Shown: positions 16,963 through 27,253 of the stretch, piece by piece | Numbering within the stretch: the stretch's first letter is position 1 | Layout: every line of letters begins with the position of its first letter | Origin: Ostreococcus lucimarinus | Taxonomy: Eukaryota | Reading direction: 5' to 3' (one strand) | Assembly (NCBI GenBank): GCA_000092065.1 | Contig: CP000591.1 | DNA: 64,000 nucleotides | Translations under genes and position numbers: made by a program | Notes under the pieces: model-generated | Database searches by the model: none | Told to the model about the DNA's origin: nothing | What the model saw: the letters and a program-made list of their open reading frames with translations, nothing else

Positions 16963-18441
16963 GTGTCGTTCGGTCGCGACGACCGACGAAGGGTGTTGAC
17001 GCGCCAAAGCTCTAAACCCTACATCGCCGCGCGCGGCGGCGCCTCGCGCATGCGCGCGCGCGCGCGCGGCGCCCTCGAGCGCGCCGAACCCTCCGCGCGC
17101 GTTTCCCGCGCCGCGCGACGGCGCTTCCCGCGCCCTCGCGCGCCGTCGCGCGCGACATCGCGCGCGAACGACCGATTTCGCGACGCGCGCGACGACGACG
17201 ACGACGACGACGCGCGCGCGCGACAGTTCCTCCGACTCGCGCGCGACGCGCGCGATGGATCGTGGGCGCTGCAGAGCGCGACGGTGACGCTGCGGCCGCG
17301 CGACGCGAGCGCGCGAGCGACGCGAGCGCTGCGGGTGTGCGCGCTGGTGCACTACGGCGAGGCGCGGTACTATCGCGGCGTGGCGAAGGACTTCGAGACG
17401 CGCGAGAACGACGCGACGCTGGTCGAGCTGATCACGTCGAGGAAGCACTTGGAAGCGAGCGACGAGCGAGGGCTGAAACTGTGGCGGTTGAGCGAGGCGC
17501 TGGCGCCGACGGCGGAGGCGCGAGCGCTGGCGAACGCGCACGGGTTGCGCGCGCAGCTGGACGCGCTGGACGCGAGGGCGCGAGGATGGTACGTCGCGGA
17601 CGTGACGCGAGAGGAGTTGATCGCGCTGCGACGAGAGGCGGGAGAGATGACGGCGAAGACGGCGGAAGAGACGACGCGAAACGCGAAGCGGAGCGCGGTG
17701 TCGATGGGAGGGAATCTGCCGCCGGCGCTCGAGGCGCTGGCGGTGACGGCGTTCGGAAGGGCGTCGGAGGGCGATCCCGCGAGGCTGTTCGCGCGGTTGA
17801 GCTGTTGGTTCGTGCCGTGTCCGGAGGCGCATTTGTTGCTGCTCGATTGGGTGTGGGCGGGCGGGCGTCCGTCCGAGGTCTTGGGCGCGATGGTGGACTG
17901 TTGCGCGTCGGGTGATTTAGAATCCGCGCGTCGCTTGGCGTTCGCGCAGATGATCGTGAGCGCGCAAGCCGAGGGGCCGGCGGGCGGCGGTTCGACCGAG
18001 CCCGTTTTGGTCGCCCGACGCAACGACGTCGCGATGGACGGGGTGAACAAGGCGTTCAAGGCGCCCGAAATCGACACCGTCAACCTGTTGTACGGCGGTT
18101 TGCACGTCCCGGGACTCGTGCGGTGCGCCCGCGAGCGTTTAGACATGGAAGTCGTCGACGTGGCGTGGCGAGACGCCTGGCGCGTGCAACCGCCGGAGAA
18201 CGCGTCGCCTCTCAGATACGCCATAGTGCCGCTCATTCTCGGCATCGACGGCACGGATTGGGCGCAAACGCTTCACGACGCCGTCGCGCTCGGCGCGAGC
18301 GCCGGTATTCTTTCCACGTTTCTCTACATCGTTCGTCACGGCGCGCTGTATTACGCCCTCGGCAAGTGGCTTCTCGAGTGGAATCGCCAACTCTTCGACG
18401 CCGACGTCGGTCCGTCGCCGGAGAATGTAAAATATCGTTAA
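16963..18441 (+). CDS. hypothetical protein, possible TraB/PrgY/GumN family
   Basis: 492-aa ORF with VCALVHYGEARYY and a C-terminal NLLYGGLHVPGL segment reminiscent of TraB-family motifs. The Arg-rich N-terminal roughly 100 aa may be a presequence or run-through. Weak. Confidence 0.3.
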   Translation: MSFGRDDRRRVLTRQSSKPYIAARGGASRMRARARGALERAEPSARVSRAARRRFPRPRAPSRATSRANDRFRDARDDDDDDDARARQFLRLARDARDGSWALQSATVTLRPRDASARATRALRVCALVHYGEARYYRGVAKDFETRENDATLVELITSRKHLEASDERGLKLWRLSEALAPTAEARALANAHGLRAQLDALDARARGWYVADVTREELIALRREAGEMTAKTAEETTRNAKRSAVSMGGNLPPALEALAVTAFGRASEGDPARLFARLSCWFVPCPEAHLLLLDWVWAGGRPSEVLGAMVDCCASGDLESARRLAFAQMIVSAQAEGPAGGGSTEPVLVARRNDVAMDGVNKAFKAPEIDTVNLLYGGLHVPGLVRCARERLDMEVVDVAWRDAWRVQPPENASPLRYAIVPLILGIDGTDWAQTLHDAVALGASAGILSTFLYIVRHGALYYALGKWLLEWNRQLFDADVGPSPENVKYR

Positions 18442-18491
18442 TCGCCTAGCCAACGACTTCGTCGTCCGTCGTCGCGCGTCGACGCCACACC

Positions 18492-18875
18492 ATGCCTCGC
18501 CCCACCCCCGCGCCGCCGCCGCCGCCGGCGGCGCGCGACGTCGACGTCGAGCGCGACGCGCTCACCGCGATGCGCAAAGACGGCACGCTCGACGCCCTGC
18601 GCGCGCGCGCGGTCGAGCGCGTTCGCGCGGACCCAGAGATGAAAACCTTCACGGAATTCGCGGCGCGCGCGTCGCAGACGCTGCGCGACCCGCGAGCGAG
18701 GCGCGCGTCGAGGAAAGATCTCGTCGACGCGCTGTTTCACGAGTGCGGCGGACAGATTTTGAAGCAGGCGGACCAGAAGGTGTGGGAGGCGCTGACGGAT
18801 ACGCGCGACGAACTCGGCCGCGCGGCGTACGAGGCGACGTTCGCGGCGATGGAGGACGCGCGTCGCGCGAGATAG
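18492..18875 (+). CDS. ENY2/Sus1-like small protein (SAGA/TREX-2 subunit)
   Basis: 127 aa. ...PEMKTFTEFAARAS...DLVDALFHECGGQILKQADQKVWEALTD follows the ENY2 pattern (LKAHCKEVIKEKG...[26 protein letters not shown]). Degenerate partial copies of its 3-prime end occur at about 9490-9650 and 11927-12087. Confidence 0.4.
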   Translation: MPRPTPAPPPPPAARDVDVERDALTAMRKDGTLDALRARAVERVRADPEMKTFTEFAARASQTLRDPRARRASRKDLVDALFHECGGQILKQADQKVWEALTDTRDELGRAAYEATFAAMEDARRAR

Positions 18876-19157
18876 ATACCGATAGATAATAGATTGATAA
18901 TACATAGATCTGATGTAGCTGATGCCGCCGCCGTCGCGTCGGACGGATCGCCTCGGTCGCCTTCGGTTCGCTTCTCGGCGGCGGCCGCCGACGCGGACGC
19001 CGCCGCGCGTCGCGGTCGTCATGCGCGCGGTTGTGCGGCGACGATTTATTTTACGCCGCGCGACGGGCGAGCGACGCCGGCGAATCGAGCGACGCTGAAT
19101 GCCCGTACGCTGGAATCGCGCGCGAACGCTGACGCGACGATTCGTCCGAGTGGGTGG

Positions 19158-20558
19158 TTAGGCGCGCGCGGCGGCGGCGGCGGCGATGCCGTCGCCCAAC
19201 GCCCAGCTCGCCTCGACGTCTCGACGCCGGTAACGAATCTTGTCGAGCGCGCGAATCGTCTCGTCGTCCGCGGCGCCGTGACCGACGGTGAGGAGGGCGT
19301 ACACGTAGACGAGGTCGAGGCAGAGGTAGTTGACGTCGACGGCGTCGCGCGCGGCGACGGGGAAGCGAGCCTCGAGCTCGGCGGCGGGCGTGGAGCACGC
19401 GCGAAGGGCGGCTCGCTTCACGTCGCGCGGTGTCATGGTCGCGATATCGGTCGGGCGCCTCGGCGGCGGCACCGCGCCGCCTTGAATCGCGCGTTCGACG
19501 ATGAAGGACATGACGAAGAGGGGCGTTTTGCGCGGCGTCGTCCAAGCGCCGGCGAACGAACACGGTGCTTTCGCGCAATTTCCCTCGAGCGCCTGCGTCG
19601 TGGCGAGCAGACACCGTGTAAAGTCGCTGCCGTCGCTGGATCCGATGGCGGCGTACGTCTCCCCAGGCTCGAGCCCGTAGCAATCTTTTTCGCACGAATC
19701 CGCGAACGCGTTCGGTAAGCACGGATGCGAACCGTCTTTATTCTTCCCCACGCTAAATATCTTCGGCCGTACGGCGACGATACCGTAGCCCTTAAACGAA
19801 TGCACGTATGTCCTATACGTCGTCGACGCCGCCTCGATGTCGCGCACGTACCCTTTCGGCGCGTCCTTCGCCGCGCCCCCGCCCACCGCGTACGCGATTT
19901 GCGTACTCCCGCCGCCTAAATCTACCACCGTCACAGTCTTCTCCGGCGCCCCGCCGAGATTCCCTAGCAAATAATTTACACTCACCCACGCGTGCGCGCC
20001 CTCGTCTTCGCCGTCCATGATGCTCACGAACGACGCCGACGACGGATGAAATCCCGCGTTCGCGATTTTTCGTCGCACCGCCTCCACGATGGCGTCCGCC
20101 GCCTCCCGCCCTTCGGGCATCAGTCTCAATCCCGCCGTCGCGCGCACACTAAACGGTGTTTCTCGTCTCGCGCTCTCCGGCACGACTCCTTTCGCCACGT
20201 CGATCAGCGCCTCGATCGACGTCGCCGCCGCCTCGGCGTCGCCGCCGTAGCTCTTCAGTCCCGGTTCGATCGAGCGAAACGTCTCGTCTCGCAGCGCCTC
20301 GCCGCCGCTCGCGAACGCCGATCGAGAGAACGTGAACACGTGCACGCGCGTGCCCGTGGAGCCGGCGTCGATGACGACGGCGTAGCGTGTTTTCGCCGCG
20401 CGCGTGCTCTCAAAGCCGGTGACATCGGCGAGCGCGCTGAGCGCGACGAGCGCGACGACGAGGACGGTGAAGGCGACGACGAGGGCGAGCTGGCGGAACG
20501 TTCTCGCGCGCGCGTACTCCTGGGTCTGGGGGTACGATTGCGCGCGGGGAAGAGGCAT
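19158..20558 (-). CDS. apyrase / nucleoside triphosphate diphosphohydrolase (GDA1/CD39 family)
   Basis: Apyrase conserved regions IDAGSTGTRVHVF, ATAGLRL, DGEDEGAHAWVSVNY and VVDLGGGSTQ. N-terminal membrane anchor. Confidence 0.85.
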   Translation of the reverse strand: MPLPRAQSYPQTQEYARARTFRQLALVVAFTVLVVALVALSALADVTGFESTRAAKTRYAVVIDAGSTGTRVHVFTFSRSAFASGGEALRDETFRSIEPGLKSYGGDAEAAATSIEALIDVAKGVVPESARRETPFSVRATAGLRLMPEGREAADAIVEAVRRKIANAGFHPSSASFVSIMDGEDEGAHAWVSVNYLLGNLGGAPEKTVTVVDLGGGSTQIAYAVGGGAAKDAPKGYVRDIEAASTTYRTYVHSFKGYGIVAVRPKIFSVGKNKDGSHPCLPNAFADSCEKDCYGLEPGETYAAIGSSDGSDFTRCLLATTQALEGNCAKAPCSFAGAWTTPRKTPLFVMSFIVERAIQGGAVPPPRRPTDIATMTPRDVKRAALRACSTPAAELEARFPVAARDAVDVNYLCLDLVYVYALLTVGHGAADDETIRALDKIRYRRRDVEASWALGDGIAAAAAARA

Positions 20559-20690
20559 CGCGACGCGATGTAACCGCGCTCGACGCAGGCGAGCGGGACG
20601 CGCGAGCGGGACGCGAGAACGCCGCGGATCGATCGGCGTGTCGCGCGAAGGACGACCAGTAGTACACGTATTTTACATTGACGATGTCCG

Positions 20691-22307
20691 TTACGTGGGA
20701 CAACGAGCCGCGAGCGGCGCGCGGGCGAGGCCGAGGACGAGGGCGACGGCGCCGGCGATGAGTGCGAGCGCCGCGAAAAAGCCACTCGGGGAGTCAAAGG
20801 ATGGGTACGTGGAGCCGAGCACGCCGCTGAAATAGTTGCCGAAGAAGTATGAGCCGAACCATAAACCGATTATGGCGCTGAGTAAACCATCCGGAGCGAT
20901 TTTGGAAATGTAAGAAAGCGCCACGGGGAAGGTGAAGAGCTCGCCGGCCGTGAGGAAAATCTGATTGAGGACGATCCAAAACACGCTCACGCGAGTCGGC
21001 GAGGCGTGCGAGTCGATCGGTAAAGCACCGAACATCAGCACCGCGAATGATGAAGACAGAAGCGCACACCCGATGGCAATTTTCGACATCTGGTGCGGCT
21101 CCGCACCGCGTCGCGCTTGCCAATCCCAAAGCGCCGTCACCGCCGGCGTCAGCGAGAGGACGAGCAACGGATTCAACGCTGCGACGAACTCGGTCGGCAT
21201 CCCGTGTAAATCGACGTGCTCGTCCGAGAACAACATCAGGGTGCTTCCTGATTGTTCATAAACCATGCTAAATCCGATCCCAGCCACGCAAACGATGGCG
21301 ACGGCGAACATGGCGTTCGAGTTTTCGCGTATCAATCGCGCCATGTCGTTGAGACTCTTGCGTGATTCGCCGTTTGAACGCCCGTTTTCTTCTTCAAAAT
21401 CTTGTTCGTTCGATCCCATCCGACGCAGCGGGCTTCTGGACTCCTCGTCATTGTCGTTCGCCGACGCTGGAATCATGGCGTCCACGACGTGCCTGCGGTT
21501 CAAGGCGTAAATTGCCAACGCGCACCACATTCCCACGGCGGCGCTCGCGAACGCGGCGCCGTAACCAAAGTACACGCGCACCGTCCCAGCGATCAAGGGC
21601 GAAAAGAACGCCCCAACATTGATACAACAATAAAAAATACTGAATCCCGCGTCGCGTTTCGGATCATCCTTGGCGTACAACGCGCTCAACTGCGTGCTAA
21701 TCGAAGGCTTAAACGCCCCGTTTCCGACGCACACCAACGCCAACCCGATCAAAAACGCCCACTCGCTCGCCATGGCGCCGTACCCTAACGCCATCACCAC
21801 CGCCCCCACCACTGCGCTTCGATGCGCCCCCAAAACCGCGTCGGCGACGATCCCACCGAACACTGGCGTCAGGTACGCCAAACACGCGAACGCGCCGTAC
21901 GTCTTCGCGCTCGTCGCCTCCGCCGCTCGCGTCCTCTCCATCATCCCCACCGCATCGCTCGCGTTCACCGCCATCGCGAAATCATAATTCGAGAACGTTT
22001 TCCCCACCGTTCGCAGTCCCAACACGCGCTCGACGTCGAACGTCGGATCGCGCAATACCTTCGTCACGTACAGCGCCAACAGCGCGCGCGCGGCGTAGTA
22101 CCCGAACCGCTCCCACATCTCCGTCGCGCCCAGGACGACGAGTCCGAGCGGGTGCGCGCCGCGCATGATCGTCGCGCGCGCGCGAGCTCCCGCGTCCCGC
22201 GCGCGCGGCTCCAGCAGCGGTCGCGCGTCGTTTTCGTCGTCCGAGGGCGCGCTCGAGGTGCCTTCGCCGCGTCGATCGCGCGTCGTCGCGTCGTCGCGCG
22301 ACGCCAT
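20691..22307 (-). CDS. proton-dependent oligopeptide transporter (POT/PTR2/NPF family)
   Basis: EMWERFGYYAARALLALYVT, PTR2 signature 1 GGIVADAVLGAHRS and signature 2 FSIFYCCINVGAF, with multiple TM segments. Confidence 0.8.
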   Translation of the reverse strand: MASRDDATTRDRRGEGTSSAPSDDENDARPLLEPRARDAGARARATIMRGAHPLGLVVLGATEMWERFGYYAARALLALYVTKVLRDPTFDVERVLGLRTVGKTFSNYDFAMAVNASDAVGMMERTRAAEATSAKTYGAFACLAYLTPVFGGIVADAVLGAHRSAVVGAVVMALGYGAMASEWAFLIGLALVCVGNGAFKPSISTQLSALYAKDDPKRDAGFSIFYCCINVGAFFSPLIAGTVRVYFGYGAAFASAAVGMWCALAIYALNRRHVVDAMIPASANDNDEESRSPLRRMGSNEQDFEEENGRSNGESRKSLNDMARLIRENSNAMFAVAIVCVAGIGFSMVYEQSGSTLMLFSDEHVDLHGMPTEFVAALNPLLVLSLTPAVTALWDWQARRGAEPHQMSKIAIGCALLSSSFAVLMFGALPIDSHASPTRVSVFWIVLNQIFLTAGELFTFPVALSYISKIAPDGLLSAIIGLWFGSYFFGNYFSGVLGSTYPSFDSPSGFFAALALIAGAVALVLGLARAPLAARCPT

Positions 22308-22467
22308 CGCGCGCGCGCGTCGGCGACGACGATTCGCGCGCGCGCGGTCGTCGCTCGACGACGCGGCGTCGCGGCGCGGTGTGGCGACGGCGCCCTCACC
22401 GACGACGGTTTGAAATCCGAGTCGTCACTCCTCGAAGCGACGCCGACGTCGCGAGCGCGCGCGCGCG

Positions 22468-23568
22468 ATGGCGTCGAGCGCGGTCGCGGCGCGGTGTGGA
22501 ACGCTCGCGGCGCCGACGCGCGGCGCGCGGGACGGCGCGCGCGCGCGAAAGACTCGCGCGAGGGCGATGAAGATGACGTTGATGCCGCTGGCGCCGGGCG
22601 ATCGCGCGACGCCGCGACGCGCGAGGGCGTCGTCGTCGTCCGCGGGGGGCGCGGAAAGTGAGAACGCGACGACGACGTCGTCGAGCGGGCGAGAGACGCG
22701 CGCGAACGGTGGCTTGGCGGCGGTGACGGCGGACGTCGAGCGTCGCGTCAACGAGGCGCTCATCGGCGTCGCGGTGACGGTGATCGATAATCTTTACGGT
22801 GGACGCTCGTACGCGCGATTTCACGCGCTGGAGACGGTGGCGAGAGTGCCGTATTTTAGCTTTATGTCCGTGCTTCACCTGTACGAGACGTTCGGGTGGT
22901 GGCGAAAGGCGGATTATCTCAAGGTGCACTTTGCGGAGACGATGAACGAGTATCATCACTTGCTCATCATGGAATCTCTGGGCGGGGCGGAGCTTTGGAA
23001 GGATCGGTTCGTGGCGCAACACATCGCGGTGGCGTATTACTGGATTTGCGTCGCGCAGTACTTGGTGTCGCCGAGATGGGCGTACAACTTGCTCGAGCAG
23101 GTGGAATCGCACGCGTACGCGACGTACGACGGATTTTTAAACGCCAACGAGGAGGTGCTGAAGGCGACGCCGCCGCCGAGCGTGGCGGTGCAGTACTACA
23201 CCAAGGGTGATTTGTACTTGTTTGACGAATTTCAAACCGTCGATCGGGGCGAGAGACGACCGAAGATTGACAATCTGTACGACGTCTTCGTCAACGTACG
23301 AAACGACGAAGCCGAACACATGAAGACGATGGAATTTTGCCAGCGTCCTGGCAACGGCTTACGCTCGCCGTCGAGCAAGGAGGCGATGGTATTGCTCAGT
23401 AAAGACGCTTGCGAGGTGGACGAGGACTTCCAAGTCGATGAAGATTGTGAGAAGGCGTCCATCGCGGCGAGCGCCGAGGACGAGCGCGTGTGCGAAGGCT
23501 TGGTCGACTGCGTCGTCAACTTTGGCACGGGCGCGATGAGTTACGAGCCCGAGGTCGATCGCGAGTGA
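22468..23568 (+). CDS. PTOX: plastid terminal oxidase (PTOX/IMMUTANS), alternative-oxidase family di-iron protein
   Basis: ARFHALETVARVPYFSFMSVLHLYETFGWW, HFAETMNEYHHLLIMESLGG, DLYLFDEFQT and NDEAEHMKTMEFCQ iron-binding motifs. N-terminal Ser/Arg-rich presequence. Confidence 0.85.
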   Translation: MASSAVAARCGTLAAPTRGARDGARARKTRARAMKMTLMPLAPGDRATPRRARASSSSAGGAESENATTTSSSGRETRANGGLAAVTADVERRVNEALIGVAVTVIDNLYGGRSYARFHALETVARVPYFSFMSVLHLYETFGWWRKADYLKVHFAETMNEYHHLLIMESLGGAELWKDRFVAQHIAVAYYWICVAQYLVSPRWAYNLLEQVESHAYATYDGFLNANEEVLKATPPPSVAVQYYTKGDLYLFDEFQTVDRGERRPKIDNLYDVFVNVRNDEAEHMKTMEFCQRPGNGLRSPSSKEAMVLLSKDACEVDEDFQVDEDCEKASIAASAEDERVCEGLVDCVVNFGTGAMSYEPEVDRE

Positions 23569-23698
23569 TTTCAATCCGGTCGTCGATTTTACCGTCGCGC
23601 GCGCGACGACGCCGACACACTACCCATAGTACAACAATTACGAGCGACGAATTTCTAGATTTTAACGACGCGCGTCGCCGCGTTTCACACCCGTCGCG

Positions 23699-24337
23699 TC
23701 ACTCCGCGCGAACGACGCGCGACACCACCATCTCAAACGTGTCCTCGACCACCGCGCGCTTAATCTCTTCCCTCACCGCGGACTCTCCCACCACCTCGCA
23801 CTCCTCGTCGACGTCCGTCGTCGACGTCGCTCGCCACCCCTCCGGCGCGTCCTCGCTCGTCGCCTCCGCGACGATCTCAAACTCCACCCGTCCCTCCCTC
23901 GCCGTCGCCAGTCGCGCCTTCCGCGCGCCTTCGTCCGCGACGAACACAAACTTCGTCGCCGTCGCCGCCAGCGCGTCTCTCGCGTCCCTCTTCCGCGCCG
24001 CGCTCGGCGTCTCGCCGCCGCGCGCGTCCACCCGCGCGTCGAACCGGTACGCGTCGAACGCCGCGTTCGCGCGTCGAAACACGACGCCGACGGACGCGCA
24101 CCGTCCTCGCGCGACGTCTCGTCGCAGGCTCGCGAATATTTCGTCGCAGTACGCGCCGACGTCGGCGCGATGGCGCTTTCCGACGGTGGCGAGCTTGACG
24201 CCGAAGAGGTCGGACTTGGCGCTTGAAGCGTCGTCGTAGACGCCGTACCGCGCGACGGCGTGCTGCGCGAGGGCGTTGATGAACTCGAGGAGGACGTCCG
24301 CGATCGCGATCGCGGCGTCGTCGCTCGAGTCGGGCAT
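23699..24337 (-). CDS. HORMA-domain protein, REV7/MAD2L2-like
   Basis: 212 aa. ADVLLEFINALAQHAVARYGVYD...GVKLATVGKRH...VGAYCDEIF...ASVGVVF parallels REV7 ([23 protein letters not shown]...YNVPVQMSCHPELNQYI...KVVVVIL). The length matches REV7. Confidence 0.4.
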   Translation of the reverse strand: MPDSSDDAAIAIADVLLEFINALAQHAVARYGVYDDASSAKSDLFGVKLATVGKRHRADVGAYCDEIFASLRRDVARGRCASVGVVFRRANAAFDAYRFDARVDARGGETPSAARKRDARDALAATATKFVFVADEGARKARLATAREGRVEFEIVAEATSEDAPEGWRATSTTDVDEECEVVGESAVREEIKRAVVEDTFEMVVSRVVRAE

Positions 24338-24422
24338 GCGCGGCGACGTGCGGCGGATGATGATGATGTACAGCGTTACAGCGCGGCTCGACGACGAACG
24401 AAGACGACGACGCGGCGCGGAA

Positions 24423-25259
24423 TCACACGACCTCGGCGTCGAGTAAACGCCACTCGTTCGCCACGCGCGGACTGGAATGGTCGATGGGAGGTAAAACCAT
24501 CGGCGCCGCGACCTCGCGCGCCTTATCCGCGCCGAAGAGCTTCTCCGCGAGCGCCAACGCGAACTCGAGCGCGGTGCCCGGACCGCGCGAGGTGACGACG
24601 TCGCCGTCGACGACGACGCGACCGTTCGCGCTCGCGTCCGAGGGTAAATCCTTCACGAACGCGGGATGCGCGGTGCACGCCAAACCGTCGAGCATGCCGC
24701 GCGGCGCCAACACGACGCCCGGCGACGCGCACATCGCCGCGACGAGCGCGCCCGGCGTCTCCATCTGCCTCGTCAGCGCGCGCGTCAACCGTTCAGATTT
24801 CGCCAGATTCGCCGCGCCGGGCATCCCTCCCGGCAGCGCGATCAGATCCCACGCCCTCGTCTCCACGCGCGCGAGATCTCGCAGGCGCGCGTCCGGGACG
24901 ATTCGCACCCCTCTCGAGCACTCCACCGCGTCGTCGCGTCTCGCGGCGTCGTCGTCGTCGTCTCGCCGCGTCTCGTCGTCGTCCCCAGGTTCGATCGACG
25001 CCACCGTCACGTCCGCGCCCGCGCGTCGCAGGACGTCGACGATGATCACCGTCTCCATCTCCTCGCTGCCGCGCGCGATCGGCACCAGCACCGTCGGCGC
25101 CGTCGCGCGTTGGCGCGCGTTCGATTGCGATTGCGTTCGCGATTGCGTTCGCGATTGCGTTCGCGTTCGCGTTCGCGCGCGCATCGCGCGTCGCGCGCGC
25201 GTCGGTCGTCCCGTCGGTCGTCCCGCCGATCGTCCCGCGCCGAGCGCGCGCGCGCGCAT
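24423..25259 (-). CDS. DJ-1/PfpI (ThiJ) family protein with an N-terminal targeting extension
   Basis: VLVPIARGSEEMETVIIVDVLRRAG, IALPGGMPGA and the nucleophile-elbow AAMCASPGVVL (compare AAICAGP in DJ-1). Confidence 0.75.
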   Translation of the reverse strand: MRARALGAGRSAGRPTGRPTRARRAMRARTRTRTQSRTQSRTQSQSNARQRATAPTVLVPIARGSEEMETVIIVDVLRRAGADVTVASIEPGDDDETRRDDDDDAARRDDAVECSRGVRIVPDARLRDLARVETRAWDLIALPGGMPGAANLAKSERLTRALTRQMETPGALVAAMCASPGVVLAPRGMLDGLACTAHPAFVKDLPSDASANGRVVVDGDVVTSRGPGTALEFALALAEKLFGADKAREVAAPMVLPPIDHSSPRVANEWRLLDAEVV

Positions 25260-25308
25260 GGCCGCCGCGGTGCGCCGTCGTCGGCGGCGGCGTCGCGTCG
25301 GCGTCGCG

Positions 25309-25554
25309 GACGCGAGTCCCCTCCGATCGACGAGTGCTGACCCACGAACACGTATTTAAGCCACAAAACGCCACTGTAATCGAACCGCGCGACGCGAGTC
25401 CCCTCCGATCGACGAGTGCTGACCCATAAACACGTATTTAAGCCACAAAACGCCCGCGTAATCGAACCGCGCGACGCGAGTCCCCTCCGATCGACGAGTG
25501 CTGACCCACGAACACGTATTTAAGTCACAAAACGCCCGTGTAATCGAACCGCGC
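25309..25554. repeat. Tandem repeat of 3 x 82 bp, each unit containing a TATTTAAG motif
   Basis: Direct reading. The unit is GACGCGAGTCCCCTCCGATCGACGAGTGCTGACCCACGAACACGTATTTAAGCCACAAAACGCC...ATCGAACCGCGC, with a few substitutions between copies. It lies between the DJ-1 start (25259) and exon 1 of the VDAC-like gene (25796). Confidence 0.8.
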
Positions 25555-25795
25555 GACGCCGACCCCACCCGCGCGCGCGACGCGGCGCGCCATTCGACGC
25601 CGCTCGAGGTGCGCGACGCGACGCGACGCGACGGCGCGACGCGCGAAACCCGACGAACGATGGCGACGATCGACGCGACGGCTCGCGGCGCGGGCGCGCG
25701 CGACGACGGCGCGACGCGACGGCGAACGATGACTGACGCGAGGCGATCACGCCGTTTGCGCAGAGACGGAAATCGCGCACGCGCGCGCGAACGAC

Positions 25796-27253
25796 ATGGC
25801 GAAGTACTACGGCGACATCGCGAAATCGGCGAAGGGTGCGTGGGAGATCGACGACGACGGCGGGGGGGGGGAGACGCGAGGGCGCGAGGATGGATTGAGG
25901 GAGGATCGGGGGGACGCGCGCGAGGGCGACGACGCGCGCGGGGCGAGGACGACGAAGGACTGACGATGCGATCGATCGCGCGCGCGCAGACTTGCTCACG
26001 GGCGGGTTCAATTATGACACGAAGGTTTCCGTCGATACTAAGTCGGCCGGGACGGTGCGTGAGGCGCGGAAGCGCGAGGCGAGGCGACGGCGGAGAGACG
26101 CGAGGCGAGCGGCGGACGACGGACGACGACGGCGCGAGGGGGTCCGCGCGCGCGGTCGAGCGCTCGAGCGCGGCGCGCGGGAGGGCGGTCGATGGGGATA
26201 TATTTTGCGTCGTCGAGCGGCGCGCGCGCGCGAGGTTCGCGGGACTGACTTTCGGAATGGGTGCGTTTTTCGACGTCGCAGGGCGTGTCCGCCTCCGTCG
26301 TTCAAAAGGGCGAGGCGGTGAGCGGCGACTTGAAGGTGAACGCGAACGTTGTCGATCAAGTGATCGACATCGAGTTGAACCAAGATGCCAAGGCGAAGGT
26401 GACTGCGTCTTTCCCGTCTCTCATCCCCAACGGAAAGCTTTCCGTCGGCGGTACGGTGCAAGATCTCGAAACCGTCAAGGTTTCCGCTTCGGTGCTCGCC
26501 GGTCCCCTCGGCGTCAAGGCTGACGTCGCCAACTACGCGGCGCCGAAGGCCGATGCGAGCTTGTGCTATGCCATCGGTGGTGGCTTCGCGGTCGGCGCCA
26601 TGGCGACGATCAAGAGCTCCTCCGCGTTGGCGTACACGGTCGCGGCGCAATCCAAGCAAGGCGACGTCACGTACGCGTTGACGGCGGCGGATCAATTCAA
26701 GACGTTCAAGGCCAGCGTGGTGACCGCGTTGGACAGCAAGCAAACCCTTGGTGCCGAAGTGGTTTACAAGAAGGCGGCGACGGCGACGATCGGCTACTCC
26801 AAGAAGATGGATGGCCACTCTTTCAAAGCCGTCGTCGCCAACCCGGTGAGCGCCGAGTTCAACCCGACGCTCTCCGTGCACGCGAGCCTCGGGAGCTTGA
26901 TCCCGAAGACGACCGCCACGATCAGCTGCCAAGTGGACAAAACGGTACGTACGACGACATTTTCTTCTCGGAGTCGGAATCGACGATGCTCTCGACGACG
27001 CGACCCTTCTTCACGGCGCCTATTGTCAAACAATCGCCGTTCCGCCCGTGTTCGGATGGTTGCCGCGGGTTGCCAACATCAACAATGCTCGAAGATGGTG
27101 CCCGCGCTTCTCCGTGCGCGGTGCGCCATAAATAGTATTAATATTTCGCGTCACAAATTCTCGATCGTGTCACTGACCGCGCGCGACGGTTTCTCCCTTT
27201 CGAAACAACAGATGAAGTACAAGTACGGCTTCCAGTTCGCGACCAAGCTTTGA
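25796..27253 (+). CDS. eukaryotic porin (VDAC-like beta-barrel), 4 exons
   Basis: Exon 1 at about 25796-25835 (MAKYYGDIAKSAKG, donor GTGCGT). Microexon 2 at 25990-26054 (DLLTGGFNYDTKVSVDTKSAGT, matching the VDAC DLLTKGY..D.K...TKS motif; donor GTGCGT). Exon 3 at 26282 to about 26946 (donor GTACGT). Exon 4 at about 27212-27253 (MKYKYGFQFATKL). Phases are consistent (1,0,0). The alternating hydrophobic C-terminus is typical of beta-barrels. Confidence 0.55.

Noticed and set aside
25309-25554. CRISPR-like arrays (the 82-bp x3 and 36-bp x13 repeats).
   Set aside because: The units are directly tandem with no unique spacers. One array is coding, and the context is eukaryotic.
26261-27253. Treating the GTG-initiated ORF 26261-27253 as the complete porin gene.
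   Set aside because: GTG is not a eukaryotic start. Upstream exons with an ATG and a VDAC N-terminal motif splice in with consistent phases, and the ORF reads through a GT-AG intron.
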